Origin: Candidatus Heimdallarchaeota archaeon
GTDB lineage: Archaea; Asgardarchaeota; Heimdallarchaeia; Heimdallarchaeales; Heimdallarchaeaceae
DNA length: 64,000 bases
Direction of reading: 5' to 3'
NCBI GenBank assembly: GCA_018238545.1
Contig: JABCTC010000005.1
Span: 32,001-96,000, forward strand
Made by a program: the position numbers and the translations under genes. Each line of letters opens with the position of its first letter. The first letter of the stretch is position 1. Below, piece after piece: positions 26,766 through 37,262 of this stretch. The notes under the pieces are model-generated. The model was not told the origin of the DNA, ran no database searches, and saw only the letters and a list, made by a program, of their open reading frames with translations.

Positions 26766-28354
26766 GCTCTAAGGAAACCACCACACCACTTGAAAGATCA
26801 ATGAAAAAAATGGATATTTTAATGAGATCCTTTGGAATGCGCACTAGAATCTTCAAAGGAAGAACTCGAGCAGTTGTAAAGGGAACTAGAAAGGTTTATC
26901 CTTACGAGTTAAATGCCACTATCGTTGAAACTGCAAGAGGGGTCGGAATCAGAGTTAAACTAGAAAGAACTTGGTATACTTTTCTCAAACTAATACCATT
27001 TTCGATAATTCTAATATTCTCATTATTGCAGTATTTTGTACCATCTGCGGGACAAGTGATTGCAGATGCTACAGGTGTTAATCTTTTTCTACTTATTTTA
27101 GGACCGACGCCAAACCCTATTGGACTCTGGGTTATTCTACCAATAATTGGCATTGTAATAGTTGGATCCGAGATTCTGGAACGGATAATAAGAGCTAGAT
27201 ACATCCAAAATAGAATGCCTCGTTTCTTAAGCGGAGCAGAATGGATGGTTGCTGAACCACCTGTTGCACTCGATATAGTAAGTTCATCCAATAACTTAAT
27301 TTGGTTAATGTATGTGATACTTATTATCATTTTTGCACCCTTATCCTTCCATGAAGAAATCTATGCAAAATTTCTAGAGGTTTATCAAGTTGAATCAGCT
27401 GCTTTGCGAAGCACAACACTGCTTATCTCTGTATTAGATGTAGCACTTGTATCTGGAATCATGTTTGCTATTCTTTATCAGAATTATGAGAAATTTAGAG
27501 GAAGTTTAGACAGGCAGCAAATGAGACATGACATTAAGCTTGAAGGTCAAACACGACAAATGTTCCAAGTTGTTCTAGGAGCAATATTCCTCGCAACACT
27601 TGAAATATCATTATTCTATTTCGCTTTCTGGTCTGCAATTACAGTAGTACAGGTTTTAATGTTCTATGGGATAACTATAGCTTCAAGTGTACTAGGTTGT
27701 TGGTTGTACTGGCAAAAGGAGAGTTACAACTTTATTGCAATGGCTATCTGGTTCTTTCTAATAGATGTTATAATGATATTCCTTAATGCGGACGATTCTT
27801 CCTACTCTTGGATGATTATTTGTCACCTATTCCTCATACTCCTAATAGCTATTCTTTCAATGAATAGGCATTTTGAGCAATATCTAGAGAAAAAGGGTGT
27901 GTATGAACCTAGTTGGATTTTCAATCCCTTACCAATATTTTCTTTTATCGCTGTATTTCTAAAGAAAAAGGTTAGGGGGGTTAAAGGAGTAGAAAAGGAT
28001 CTAGATGAAATCTTAGACGAAGAAATGAAAGATAGAGTGAAGGAAAAAGAACCTCTATTCATTGATATAGGAAAAGTACGAATCAAAGGTAAAGAAGCTG
28101 TTAAAATCATTGAATATTATGAAAGATTAACTTCAAGAATAGTTAAAGGTGAGTTAAACATACTTTCTCTCACTGCTCTCGATGATCAAATCAAAGAGAT
28201 TGTCAAATCTGACAAAAATCTAATGAAAGAAGCTGACCTGTTTTTCTCTACTGTTGACAGTCTCCTATGGCATGATGATTATAAACTCAAAGATGGTGAA
28301 AAGGTTCTCAAAATTGGAGAGAAACTGTATAATGAAATAATTAAAACAAGGTGA
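26762..28354 (+). CDS. Polytopic membrane protein
   Basis: ATGA overlap; about 8-9 TM helices. Confidence 0.7.
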   Translation: MSSKETTTPLERSMKKMDILMRSFGMRTRIFKGRTRAVVKGTRKVYPYELNATIVETARGVGIRVKLERTWYTFLKLIPFSIILIFSLLQYFVPSAGQVIADATGVNLFLLILGPTPNPIGLWVILPIIGIVIVGSEILERIIRARYIQNRMPRFLSGAEWMVAEPPVALDIVSSSNNLIWLMYVILIIIFAPLSFHEEIYAKFLEVYQVESAALRSTTLLISVLDVALVSGIMFAILYQNYEKFRGSLDRQQMRHDIKLEGQTRQMFQVVLGAIFLATLEISLFYFAFWSAITVVQVLMFYGITIASSVLGCWLYWQKESYNFIAMAIWFFLIDVIMIFLNADDSSYSWMIICHLFLILLIAILSMNRHFEQYLEKKGVYEPSWIFNPLPIFSFIAVFLKKKVRGVKGVEKDLDEILDEEMKDRVKEKEPLFIDIGKVRIKGKEAVKIIEYYERLTSRIVKGELNILSLTALDDQIKEIVKSDKNLMKEADLFFSTVDSLLWHDDYKLKDGEKVLKIGEKLYNEIIKTR

Positions 28355-28358
28355 GAAT

Positions 28359-29297
28359 TTGACTGTAGTGGATGAAAAAAAGACTGTGCGAGAAGAAAAG
28401 GGTAAAATAAAAATACCTCTCAAAAAGATTAAGAGATTGGAAATCTTAGCTAAAGAGAGGTCCACAAGTTTTCTTCAAGGACATCGTAGATCCATTTTCA
28501 GAGGGCCAGGAACCGAGTATGCTGATCTAAGAGAGTATAACGAGGGAGACGACTTGAGGTTCATTGATTGGAATGCATCATCACGTGTTCCATTCAAATT
28601 GATTGTGAGAGATTATGAACAAGAGAGAAACACTAACATAATCATGATGATGGATACTAGTCATTCCATGCTACTGGGAGAACCAATCCCAAGAATAAAG
28701 ATGGCTGTTGAATCCATTGCTACACTTGCTTACACAGTAATGAATAACAGAGATAAATTTGGGTGGGCATCTTTTTCTGATAAAGTACACAACTATATTC
28801 CACCAAGAGGAGGAAAAACTCATCTCTATCATGTATTCAATGAAATGCTGAAAATTGCTCCTCATGGAACAACTAATATCGGAGAGACAGTAAGAGAGAT
28901 TGCACTTTCACAGAAAAGGAGATCTATCATAATCATTCTAACTGATTTGCATAGTGATTTAGAAGGGGCATTAGATGGCTTCAAGATTGCAAAAGCAAAA
29001 AGACATGAGTTAAAGCTCATACACATTCATGATCCAGAAGAATTCTTATTTCCAAAACAACCTAGGCAGATTAAATTCCAAGATCCAGATACTGAGGAGA
29101 TACAAGTGATTAACTTCAGTAATCTTCTCGAACGAGGTAAATTTATGTTTGAACTTGGTTTGCAAATTAATAAGATTAATGACTTTAAACGAAGTATAAG
29201 AGGACTCAATATTGATGTTATTGATGCACCTACAACAATCTTAACTGAAAAGCTGTTATTGGCTTATTTCGGAACTAAAAGAAGGAGCCTTATGTAA
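28359..29297 (+). CDS. DUF58 (vWA-like) protein, MoxR partner
   Basis: G.HRSIFRG.G.EYADLREY..GDDLRFIDWNASSR; DTSHSM MIDAS-like; IIILTD. Confidence 0.92.
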   Translation: MTVVDEKKTVREEKGKIKIPLKKIKRLEILAKERSTSFLQGHRRSIFRGPGTEYADLREYNEGDDLRFIDWNASSRVPFKLIVRDYEQERNTNIIMMMDTSHSMLLGEPIPRIKMAVESIATLAYTVMNNRDKFGWASFSDKVHNYIPPRGGKTHLYHVFNEMLKIAPHGTTNIGETVREIALSQKRRSIIIILTDLHSDLEGALDGFKIAKAKRHELKLIHIHDPEEFLFPKQPRQIKFQDPDTEEIQVINFSNLLERGKFMFELGLQINKINDFKRSIRGLNIDVIDAPTTILTEKLLLAYFGTKRRSLM

Positions 29298-31159
29298 TGA
29301 AGAACATTAAGATATCTACAATATTTATAATTTTCTTGTTCTTATTCAGTTCAAGCACTCTGTCAATTATTGAAACTACAAGCATCGTTATAGCAGGTAG
29401 TTCAAGTTCAGGAGACATTCCACCTCCAAGTGGTTCTGGCGGTGATACGGGAGGAGGAGGAGCTGCTGGAGGATTATATCTCAACTACAGAATCCCATTA
29501 CTGTTTCGCTCTGGTCCCTATGGTCCTTCGTTAATTGCAATAAATTCTATAGAAAATGAAACATTAGTTATTTTCGAATTCAATAACACAAGATTTCCAG
29601 ATTACACTGCAGTGATAAATGTAGGTGAAACCTTAATTCTAGATCCTTCAAAAATACCAGAACTCAGAAATGGTTCACTTATTCAAGCTTTTACCCCGCT
29701 TCAAATTACTGTTTTTCATCAATCTAATTCGCCCGGATTTGATGATACATATTCCTACTCTCCGTTAGTGATGCAAATGTGGGGAAGAATTTACCAATCA
29801 GTTTACGATGATATGCGTGCTATCATTGTTGCAGGATATAATAACACAGAAATTGAAATTAGAACTCCTGGAAAAGAATCAGAATATATTGACATACCTT
29901 TAATTGGTCAAACTACAAATATCACTGTTTCTAAGGATACGATTATTGAAGCAAATGGTCCAATAGGAGTGGTTTTTTACTCTCTATCTAGCACCACTGG
30001 TTCTTTTACTTTTACAGGCATACCCCACTTTCTCTGGGGAACTGAATACTTCGTTTACAGTAGACCAGCAAATGACACTTTACCTCTACTTGAAGGGGAC
30101 ATAGAACTGTCAATATCAGCTGTAGGATTAGGGGAGAAGATACACGCTATTACAAATCTCAATGATGATCATCTTGTAGATATTCCAGATAATGAATCAG
30201 TTTTAGTTCCAAATAGTAATCTAGATCCCGGAGAATACTATCACAACTTTGTGAGTCTTACTACATATTTTTCACTAACAGCTTTGTATAATTATACATA
30301 TAATGGAGTAGCTCACAAATCAGCTATTGGATATATTTCGGTCGAAAATATGAAATACGCAGAACTATTCTACACAAAATTCGCTTATAATAACAGCGAA
30401 CTTAAATCTGTTATCTTAACAGATGCAACACCAGTATATCCTCTAGTTATTCTTGGAATGGACATATACCTTGACATCGAAAATTATATCGAATTAAACA
30501 AAGGGGATTACTTCTCGTATAGTGGACATGAGTATTTAGGTGTTTTTGGAAACGGATCAGTCTATTCTTTTGTAGAAACATCTACCCCCGAAACAATCAA
30601 CTGGAATAGTTCCACAAACATTCTTTATCCACTTAATTTATTCTCATATAAGTATAGTACATCAACTTATTTCCCCTCCTGGTACAGATTCCCCAACATA
30701 AATGTAAAAGAAGTGTTGATTAGTCCTAAAATTCCTACAGAATTCCGTAGATTACAGTTAGATATTTTTGTTCAAAACAACGGTTCAATTCCTTCTGCTC
30801 CGTTTTGGGTAACTGTTTATGTTAATGATTCACTAAAAATCAATACAAAACTGGATGGTATAGATATTAATCAGAGTATCCCTGTAACATATGAAGAATT
30901 CCAAAGCTTTGGTTTAAAAATTCTAAATGTTTCAATATTCACGGATTCTCAAAACCAAATATTTGAACTCGCAGAATTTGACAACTCGCTTCAATTCTTT
31001 ATTGAAATTAAGCGTAATTGGAACATAATTTATACAGGGGTTGCCATAGCAGTCGCAGTAGTAGGGTTTGTTGTATACATTATTACAAAAAAAATAGTAA
31101 AACAACGTAAAAAGAACAAATCTCGATTCGATGTTATTCTCAGTGATATTGAGGTCTGA
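29297..31159 (+). CDS. Surface protein with IgGFc-binding-like region and CARDB domain, C-terminal TM
   Basis: TAATG overlap; P...WG..Y repeats and IEANGPIGV; CARDB-like VQNNGSIPSAPFWVTVYVND...DSQNQIFELAEFDN. Confidence 0.7.
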   Translation: MKNIKISTIFIIFLFLFSSSTLSIIETTSIVIAGSSSSGDIPPPSGSGGDTGGGGAAGGLYLNYRIPLLFRSGPYGPSLIAINSIENETLVIFEFNNTRFPDYTAVINVGETLILDPSKIPELRNGSLIQAFTPLQITVFHQSNSPGFDDTYSYSPLVMQMWGRIYQSVYDDMRAIIVAGYNNTEIEIRTPGKESEYIDIPLIGQTTNITVSKDTIIEANGPIGVVFYSLSSTTGSFTFTGIPHFLWGTEYFVYSRPANDTLPLLEGDIELSISAVGLGEKIHAITNLNDDHLVDIPDNESVLVPNSNLDPGEYYHNFVSLTTYFSLTALYNYTYNGVAHKSAIGYISVENMKYAELFYTKFAYNNSELKSVILTDATPVYPLVILGMDIYLDIENYIELNKGDYFSYSGHEYLGVFGNGSVYSFVETSTPETINWNSSTNILYPLNLFSYKYSTSTYFPSWYRFPNINVKEVLISPKIPTEFRRLQLDIFVQNNGSIPSAPFWVTVYVNDSLKINTKLDGIDINQSIPVTYEEFQSFGLKILNVSIFTDSQNQIFELAEFDNSLQFFIEIKRNWNIIYTGVAIAVAVVGFVVYIITKKIVKQRKKNKSRFDVILSDIEV

Positions 31160-31163
31160 AAAA

Positions 31164-33377
31164 ATGGTTGCCAATCTAGAAGATAATCAAATTAAGAAAC
31201 GTAAAGAAAACGAGAAAGAAGAGTTTACGCCCCTTAGCGTGATATTAGCTAGGGATCTTATTTTCATGGATTGGACTGTTCAATTTGGAGGACAGATATT
31301 AGGATTGATAGTTGGTGTGCTCTTAGGTTTTCTATTTGGTGCAAATATGGGCGCTTTGTTTGGTTTTGGTGACTCAGATACCATCGATTTTTCAGCTTAC
31401 CTTGCAATACAGATAGGAACAATAATTGCTGTTCTAGTTTTAAGTGTTTTTTATATTCAGAAGATGGGTATTAAAATTAATTCACCAAAGAAGATAGCAA
31501 GAAACAAACTTAATATAGCAAAAATATCTTTCTTTGGTCTTTCTTTCATCTTTGCTCTAGCTTTACTATATAACTCTGTCCTCGTTCCTGCAGTTCATAA
31601 AGTTGCAGGGATATTAGTTGAACCAGGAGTCCCAGAACCTGGCACAGAACCAACACAGGGAGTTTATGTTGATTTTAAAACCACCAATCAATATATTTTT
31701 CTTTTAGTAACAATAATGTTAGCAGTTGCAGTTTTTGCTTTGCTTTTTGCTGGCATCATGTATGCGATCAACGTCAAAGTTAATACAAAAATAGGTGTCG
31801 CAATCGGCTCATCAACAATTTTGTTAACCTTCTATCTACTTTCTCAAGGTTCAATTCAGTCTTACATATTAGAAGCATTTTCTACGAAATCATATTCTTT
31901 ACTTTTAGTTTTTCTTACTGATTTCTTCTATTATTTGCTAGTCGCATTTATCACAATATTGGCTTATCACTTAAGTAGAAGGATTGAACTTTCAGTTCTT
32001 CTGCTCTTTATCGGGTTTACATTTGGGTATGGTGCTCCTTCAAACGTAGTTCTTCAAATAATTGCACTTAAATGGGGATTTCCAAACTTCTCTGACGGAA
32101 TTACAACTACCGCTGATATTTTAGCAAGGACTGTTGAAGGAATCGAATATGCCGGAGTGTTTGGTATAGCACTCTACCCGTTTATTTTTTATCAGGATAC
32201 GACCAAATTTTTTAAACAATTTTGGATAACTTTGAAAAAACAAGGGCTTTCACTGTTAGTTTTTACAATAGTAATTTTTGCGATTGAGTTAATTATCCAG
32301 GCATTGTTTGGTTCTCTAGGAATTTTCTTTTCTCTGATAATTTTCATAGTATTGGTGTTTTTGGTTAACATGTTAATCTCTGCTAAATATGGAAAGCAAA
32401 GCTATACAGGTTTAATGAAACAAATGACATTGAAAACTCTTCAGATGAGTGATCCAATCGTGCCAAATCTAAAACATCAGTCTAAGTTTTTAGAGCGTAA
32501 AGCAAGAAAACGAGAGTGGAGTACATTGATAATGGGAACCACAATACCCGTTGCTATATATTTTCTAGTAATGTATTTAACAACTGCAATTACTAGTACA
32601 ACCCTAATTGGCACCACGATATTTTTATTCACAGCTGTTCCGATTTCTATTGCTGTAATGTCTTTTGCAACTGTGTTTTATTTCTCTAGAGATCCTCTAA
32701 TCAAAGGATATTTTAGTTATCCGATTAAAATTCTATTACTTTTAGGGAGCATTTCGTATTTCTTTTACGCGAATTATGGTTTAGTCTATAATGTTTTAGG
32801 GATATATCCGTTAATTGCCATTGCATATATTCCTTTTATTGCACTGCCCATAGTAAGAAAAGCGAAAGTTGGAACATTGCTTCTTGCGATTGCTGGTGAA
32901 AATAAGCAGAAAGCTTTGAATAAATTATCACTTAGAAAAGATGTTAATTTTGACATTCTGGCAGAGACCTATTATAAATCACCAACTATTTTCAAAAATT
33001 GGCTAGCTTTACTCTTAACAAAAAATGGTGAAAGAGAAACCACATTAAAGAATCTCGAAACTTCCTTAACAAGCAGTTTTCCTTTAGAGCGAGCTAATGC
33101 ATCTTTGTGTTTCCTTTACTTGAATGAAAAAAGCATTCTAGAAAGGATTATCATTCTCCTAGAAAATGATACTGATCCAAGAGTGAGAAATGCAATAGCA
33201 TATGGTTTAAGGTATACTGAAGATGTCCACGAAGAATTATACAAAAGAGTTATTGATTCACAACATTATGAAGACGATGCTCAGGTACTGCAAACACTGA
33301 AAGAAACAGTTATCATACTAGATCAAGCCTTTTCCTCAAAATTAGAAGAGGAGGAAATAGGAATGGCAGAGATTTAG
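31164..33377 (+). CDS. Polytopic membrane protein with C-terminal HEAT repeats
   Basis: More than 12 TM helices; ERANASLCF and DTDPRVRNAIAYGL. Confidence 0.7.
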   Translation: MVANLEDNQIKKRKENEKEEFTPLSVILARDLIFMDWTVQFGGQILGLIVGVLLGFLFGANMGALFGFGDSDTIDFSAYLAIQIGTIIAVLVLSVFYIQKMGIKINSPKKIARNKLNIAKISFFGLSFIFALALLYNSVLVPAVHKVAGILVEPGVPEPGTEPTQGVYVDFKTTNQYIFLLVTIMLAVAVFALLFAGIMYAINVKVNTKIGVAIGSSTILLTFYLLSQGSIQSYILEAFSTKSYSLLLVFLTDFFYYLLVAFITILAYHLSRRIELSVLLLFIGFTFGYGAPSNVVLQIIALKWGFPNFSDGITTTADILARTVEGIEYAGVFGIALYPFIFYQDTTKFFKQFWITLKKQGLSLLVFTIVIFAIELIIQALFGSLGIFFSLIIFIVLVFLVNMLISAKYGKQSYTGLMKQMTLKTLQMSDPIVPNLKHQSKFLERKARKREWSTLIMGTTIPVAIYFLVMYLTTAITSTTLIGTTIFLFTAVPISIAVMSFATVFYFSRDPLIKGYFSYPIKILLLLGSISYFFYANYGLVYNVLGIYPLIAIAYIPFIALPIVRKAKVGTLLLAIAGENKQKALNKLSLRKDVNFDILAETYYKSPTIFKNWLALLLTKNGERETTLKNLETSLTSSFPLERANASLCFLYLNEKSILERIIILLENDTDPRVRNAIAYGLRYTEDVHEELYKRVIDSQHYEDDAQVLQTLKETVIILDQAFSSKLEEEEIGMAEI

Positions 33378-33473
33378 TATTGATATTCATTAATATGGAA
33401 TCAATAAATTGCAAAATCGATATTTCCTTTGTTTCAGAGAAGTTCTTATAAATCAGTGAGCTCAGTAATTCCT

Positions 33474-34340
33474 ATGGAAATTAGATTTGTAACTGATAGT
33501 GGCTCCGATATAGATTTTGATTATGCCGACAAAATAGGAGCCAAGATTGTTCCACTAAGTGTGACATTCAGTGATGATGCTAATGTTGAACATTTTGAAG
33601 ATAAGAATTTTGATTTAGAATCATATTACAAAAAATATAAAACAGATGGCGATTTCTCTGCAAAAACTGCACAACCTAATCCAGGGGCGTTCTTCAAAGT
33701 ATTTCAGGAACTAGCTGCTGAGGGAGCAAAGGAAATCATTGTAGTTACTTTGAGCTCAGGTTTAAGTGCAACAATTAACAGTGCTCGCTTAGGTGCTAAT
33801 ATGCTCAAAAAGAAAGATGATTCAATAAAAGTTCATCTTGTTGACGCACTTAATGCTTCTTACTCTGAAGTTTTTCTATTAGAGAAGGGGATCAAATTAA
33901 GAGACGAAGGAAAGTCTGGAGATGAGATTGTTAACTTATTGAGAGCTCATACTAAGAACATTAAAACATTCATACTCTTGCCATCCTTGAAATATTTGCG
34001 CAAAGGTGGAAGAATTTCTGTTACCAAATACATTCTTGGTTCATTACTGAAGAAAAGACCAATAACTATTGTTAATAGTGAAGGTAAAAATGATGTAGCT
34101 GCCACAGTAAAAGAAACAGATGAAGGGATTCAGAAGATTATTGAACTAACAACAGAAGATTTCAGTAGGTTCCCAAAACAAGTTTGTATTATTCATGGTA
34201 GTAATCTTGAAAGAGCTGGGCTCATGGAAAAGGCAATTAAAAAACATATTAAAGATGCAAAAATAATTGTAAGATGTACAGGAGTTACTATTTCTGCACA
34301 TACTGGACCAGATGTAGTTGCATTAATTTCGGAATTCTAA
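33474..34340 (+). CDS. DegV-family (FakB-like) fatty-acid-binding protein
   Basis: VTDSGSD, KTAQP, LSSGLSAT, LKYLRKGGRI, ISAHTGP. Confidence 0.92.
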   Translation: MEIRFVTDSGSDIDFDYADKIGAKIVPLSVTFSDDANVEHFEDKNFDLESYYKKYKTDGDFSAKTAQPNPGAFFKVFQELAAEGAKEIIVVTLSSGLSATINSARLGANMLKKKDDSIKVHLVDALNASYSEVFLLEKGIKLRDEGKSGDEIVNLLRAHTKNIKTFILLPSLKYLRKGGRISVTKYILGSLLKKRPITIVNSEGKNDVAATVKETDEGIQKIIELTTEDFSRFPKQVCIIHGSNLERAGLMEKAIKKHIKDAKIIVRCTGVTISAHTGPDVVALISEF

Positions 34341-34342
34341 AA

Positions 34343-35026
34343 CTATTTTAGAATTATCCTAGCATCTACAGGAAAGATTCCATCTTCATTAGCTATAATT
34401 GGATTGATATCCATTTCAGTTACATATTCTCTATTTTCCCAAGCTAATTGAGAAATCTTAACTATTAAATCAGCTAACTGATCCTTGTTAACCTTTGGTT
34501 GCCCTCTAAATCCTTCAAGTAGAATTTTTGCTTTTATCTCTCCGATTGCCCCAAGAGCTTGTTCTTTTGTAACAGGGCACATTCTAAAAACAACATCCTT
34601 TATTGCTTCTACAAGTACACCCCCCACACCAAAGAGGATTACCGGACCAAATGTTGAATCAGTACTTGTACCAATAATTAGTTCAAGTCCTTTCTTTACC
34701 ATTTTTTCAACAAGAACACCAGCGATTTCTATATTTTCAAACCGTCTCATGAAGTCAATATAAGTTTCCTTAACTTCTTGTTCATTTGATAAATCTATTA
34801 CAACGGCACCAGAATCGGTTTTGTGCATAACATCTTTTGACATAAGTTTTAGTACAACTGGAAAACCAAATTCTTTTGCAGATTCAATAGCTTCTTCTTC
34901 ATTTAAAACTAATTTTGATGGAGGGATAAGTATATTCATGTTTTGTAAAACTTGTTTAGCTTCATGTTCTAATAACCAGCTTCTGTTTTCTTGTTTTGTT
35001 TTTTCAAATAACTCTCTATTATTCAT
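34343..35026 (-). CDS. acdB: ADP-forming acetyl/acyl-CoA synthetase, beta (ATP-grasp) subunit
   Basis: GFPVVLK..S.DVMHKTDSGAV, FGPVILFGVGGVLVE, EMDINP, VDARI. Confidence 0.9.
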   Translation of the reverse strand: MNNRELFEKTKQENRSWLLEHEAKQVLQNMNILIPPSKLVLNEEEAIESAKEFGFPVVLKLMSKDVMHKTDSGAVVIDLSNEQEVKETYIDFMRRFENIEIAGVLVEKMVKKGLELIIGTSTDSTFGPVILFGVGGVLVEAIKDVVFRMCPVTKEQALGAIGEIKAKILLEGFRGQPKVNKDQLADLIVKISQLAWENREYVTEMDINPIIANEDGIFPVDARIILK

Positions 35027-35028
35027 TT

Positions 35029-36459
35029 TTAATCCTCCACATGAATTGATTTTGGATCTACTCCATGTTTTCTGAGATACTTCGTATAGTCAGTTAGCAG
35101 CCCTAGTGCTCTAACTGCTCGTCCAGGACTTGGAAAGACAGGTATGTCTTCAGCAAGCAATTTATTTGTAGCTTTAGTACCTTCTTCTCCTCCTATCAAG
35201 GCAGTTAAAAAGGGTTTTTTCTTCCTCTGTGCAAATTCACTTGTATATTTTACATAATCATTAATATCTAAATCGGGGATACAAGGAATGTTTAGATTTA
35301 TTATGGCATCTACATTTGGATCATTGTAAACTGCTTCAAATGCATCCCGATAATCTTCGGCAGTTGCACTTCCGGTAAGATCAATAGGATTACCAGTAGA
35401 ATAGAAAATTGGAAAAGTTTCATCAAGTTTTTTCTGAACATCAGGTGAGAATTCTGCTAATTTCAGATTGCAATCTGAAACCATATCAGATGCCATAACA
35501 CCGGCACCACCACCATCTGTGATGATTGCAACTCTATCACCTAGTGGAAGTGGTTGGGTACCAAAAGCCAAAACACAGTCTGCTAATTCATCCCAAGTAA
35601 TTACACGAAGGATTCCAGCTTCATCTAAAAGATCATCAACTATCGCATCGTTTGATGATAAAGCAGCTGTGTGGGAAGCTCCTGCTTTCGCTCCTGTTTC
35701 AGTTCGATTTGCTTTTATTCCCATAAGTGGTTTTTTCAAAGAAATTTCTCTTGCTATCTCCATGAATTTCCTACCATCCTTGAAATCTTCCAAATAAATT
35801 ATAATCATTTTTGTGTCAGAATCTTCTCCAATATATTCTAGAGAATCTGTTTCGTTGATATCACTAGCATTCCCATATGATATGAACTTGGAAACCCATT
35901 GACCAGACCCCAAACCTGAGAGTTGATCAATGAAGGCTGCACCAAATGCCCCACTTTGTGTAAATATGGAAACAGGACCACTTTTTGGACGTTTTAGTTT
36001 TGAATCAGGTAAGAACATTGTATCAATTCCAAGAGCAGGAGAATAAATACCAAGGCAATTAGGACCAATCACATTAAGATTATACTTTTTCATTATTTCA
36101 TACATCTGATTCTGTAAAACAATTCCTTCTTCTCCTATTTCACTAAAGCCGCCAGTTGTAACAATAATATTTTTTATGCCTTTTTCTCCACATTGCTCTA
36201 ATGCTTGTGGAGCATATTTTGCAGGTACGATTATACAAGCTGCATCAATCTCATCCTCAACATCTAAAATTGATGGATATAATTTTTTTCCATATAACTC
36301 TCCTCCTCTAGGATTAACCAGATAGGTTTTTCCTGGGAAGGAATTAATGAAGTTATAAGCTACTACATTTCCTGGTTTGTTGGGAGTTGTAGACGCCCCT
36401 ACCACACAAAATGACTTTACATTGAAAAAATTCTCAAGCCTTGCTGTCATTATTATCAT
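35029..36459 (-). CDS. acdA: ADP-forming acetyl/acyl-CoA synthetase, alpha subunit
   Basis: VVGAS, IGPNCLG, QSGA, SHTAAL phospho-His, GGAGV, NPIDLTG. Confidence 0.92.
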   Translation of the reverse strand: MIIMTARLENFFNVKSFCVVGASTTPNKPGNVVAYNFINSFPGKTYLVNPRGGELYGKKLYPSILDVEDEIDAACIIVPAKYAPQALEQCGEKGIKNIIVTTGGFSEIGEEGIVLQNQMYEIMKKYNLNVIGPNCLGIYSPALGIDTMFLPDSKLKRPKSGPVSIFTQSGAFGAAFIDQLSGLGSGQWVSKFISYGNASDINETDSLEYIGEDSDTKMIIIYLEDFKDGRKFMEIAREISLKKPLMGIKANRTETGAKAGASHTAALSSNDAIVDDLLDEAGILRVITWDELADCVLAFGTQPLPLGDRVAIITDGGGAGVMASDMVSDCNLKLAEFSPDVQKKLDETFPIFYSTGNPIDLTGSATAEDYRDAFEAVYNDPNVDAIINLNIPCIPDLDINDYVKYTSEFAQRKKKPFLTALIGGEEGTKATNKLLAEDIPVFPSPGRAVRALGLLTDYTKYLRKHGVDPKSIHVED

Positions 36460-36570
36460 TGGTCATAGTATGGAAAGCAATAAAAATATTTGCAATAATG
36501 CTCAAAAAAACCCTCAAAACCATCATTCTGGTTTCCAAACAATTAAATAATTATATGACCAATACAAATT

Positions 36571-37173
36571 ATGGCTAGAAATAGATTTCTATTTGATGTT
36601 ATCGGAATTATTTCATTCTTTGCTAGTACCATACCAGTCTTTCTATTCGCCAATACTGAGAATGCAAGCGTTTTCTTCGGTTGGGGAGGAGGAATATTTG
36701 GAGGGGCGCTACTATTAGGATTTTTTGCGTTCAAAAATGATGGTATAAAAATTACGGCAATCATAGCAGGTTTAATTGCTCTAGGTGGCATTATTATAGG
36801 TGTTTTAATGATTGTTGGTGCAGCTACTATTTTTGATTCTACCAGTGATTTGGGAGAATTAATTGGCAGTCTTATACTTGGACCACTTTTTCTTATTATT
36901 GGTATCATTTTAATAATAGCTGTCATTATCGTAGGAGGCATCAGTATAGGTGTAGCTGCTATTGGTTCTGCAATTGGTGAAGCTGTTTGGAAAGATAAAA
37001 AGGATAAAATTTTCACTGCAGCACCAGGACAAACATATGTTCCATCAAAAGATGCTTATCAACCAACTACTCCTGTAAAACCGCAAGGACCAAGTTCTGC
37101 AGTATGTAAACAATGCAATGCAAGTAACCCTGGTGGAGATAAATTTTGCATAAATTGTGGTGCAAAATTGTAG
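36571..37173 (+). CDS. Gly-rich membrane protein with C-terminal zinc ribbon
   Basis: Four TM helices, then CKQC...FCINCGAKL. Confidence 0.7.
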   Translation: MARNRFLFDVIGIISFFASTIPVFLFANTENASVFFGWGGGIFGGALLLGFFAFKNDGIKITAIIAGLIALGGIIIGVLMIVGAATIFDSTSDLGELIGSLILGPLFLIIGIILIIAVIIVGGISIGVAAIGSAIGEAVWKDKKDKIFTAAPGQTYVPSKDAYQPTTPVKPQGPSSAVCKQCNASNPGGDKFCINCGAKL

Positions 37174-37262
37174 ACACCCCACTTATTTCTTTTCTTTTTT
37201 ATTTTTAAATACTAAAATGTTTAAAGCATAATTTTTTTATCGTTCTTTCTTTAATTCAACTC

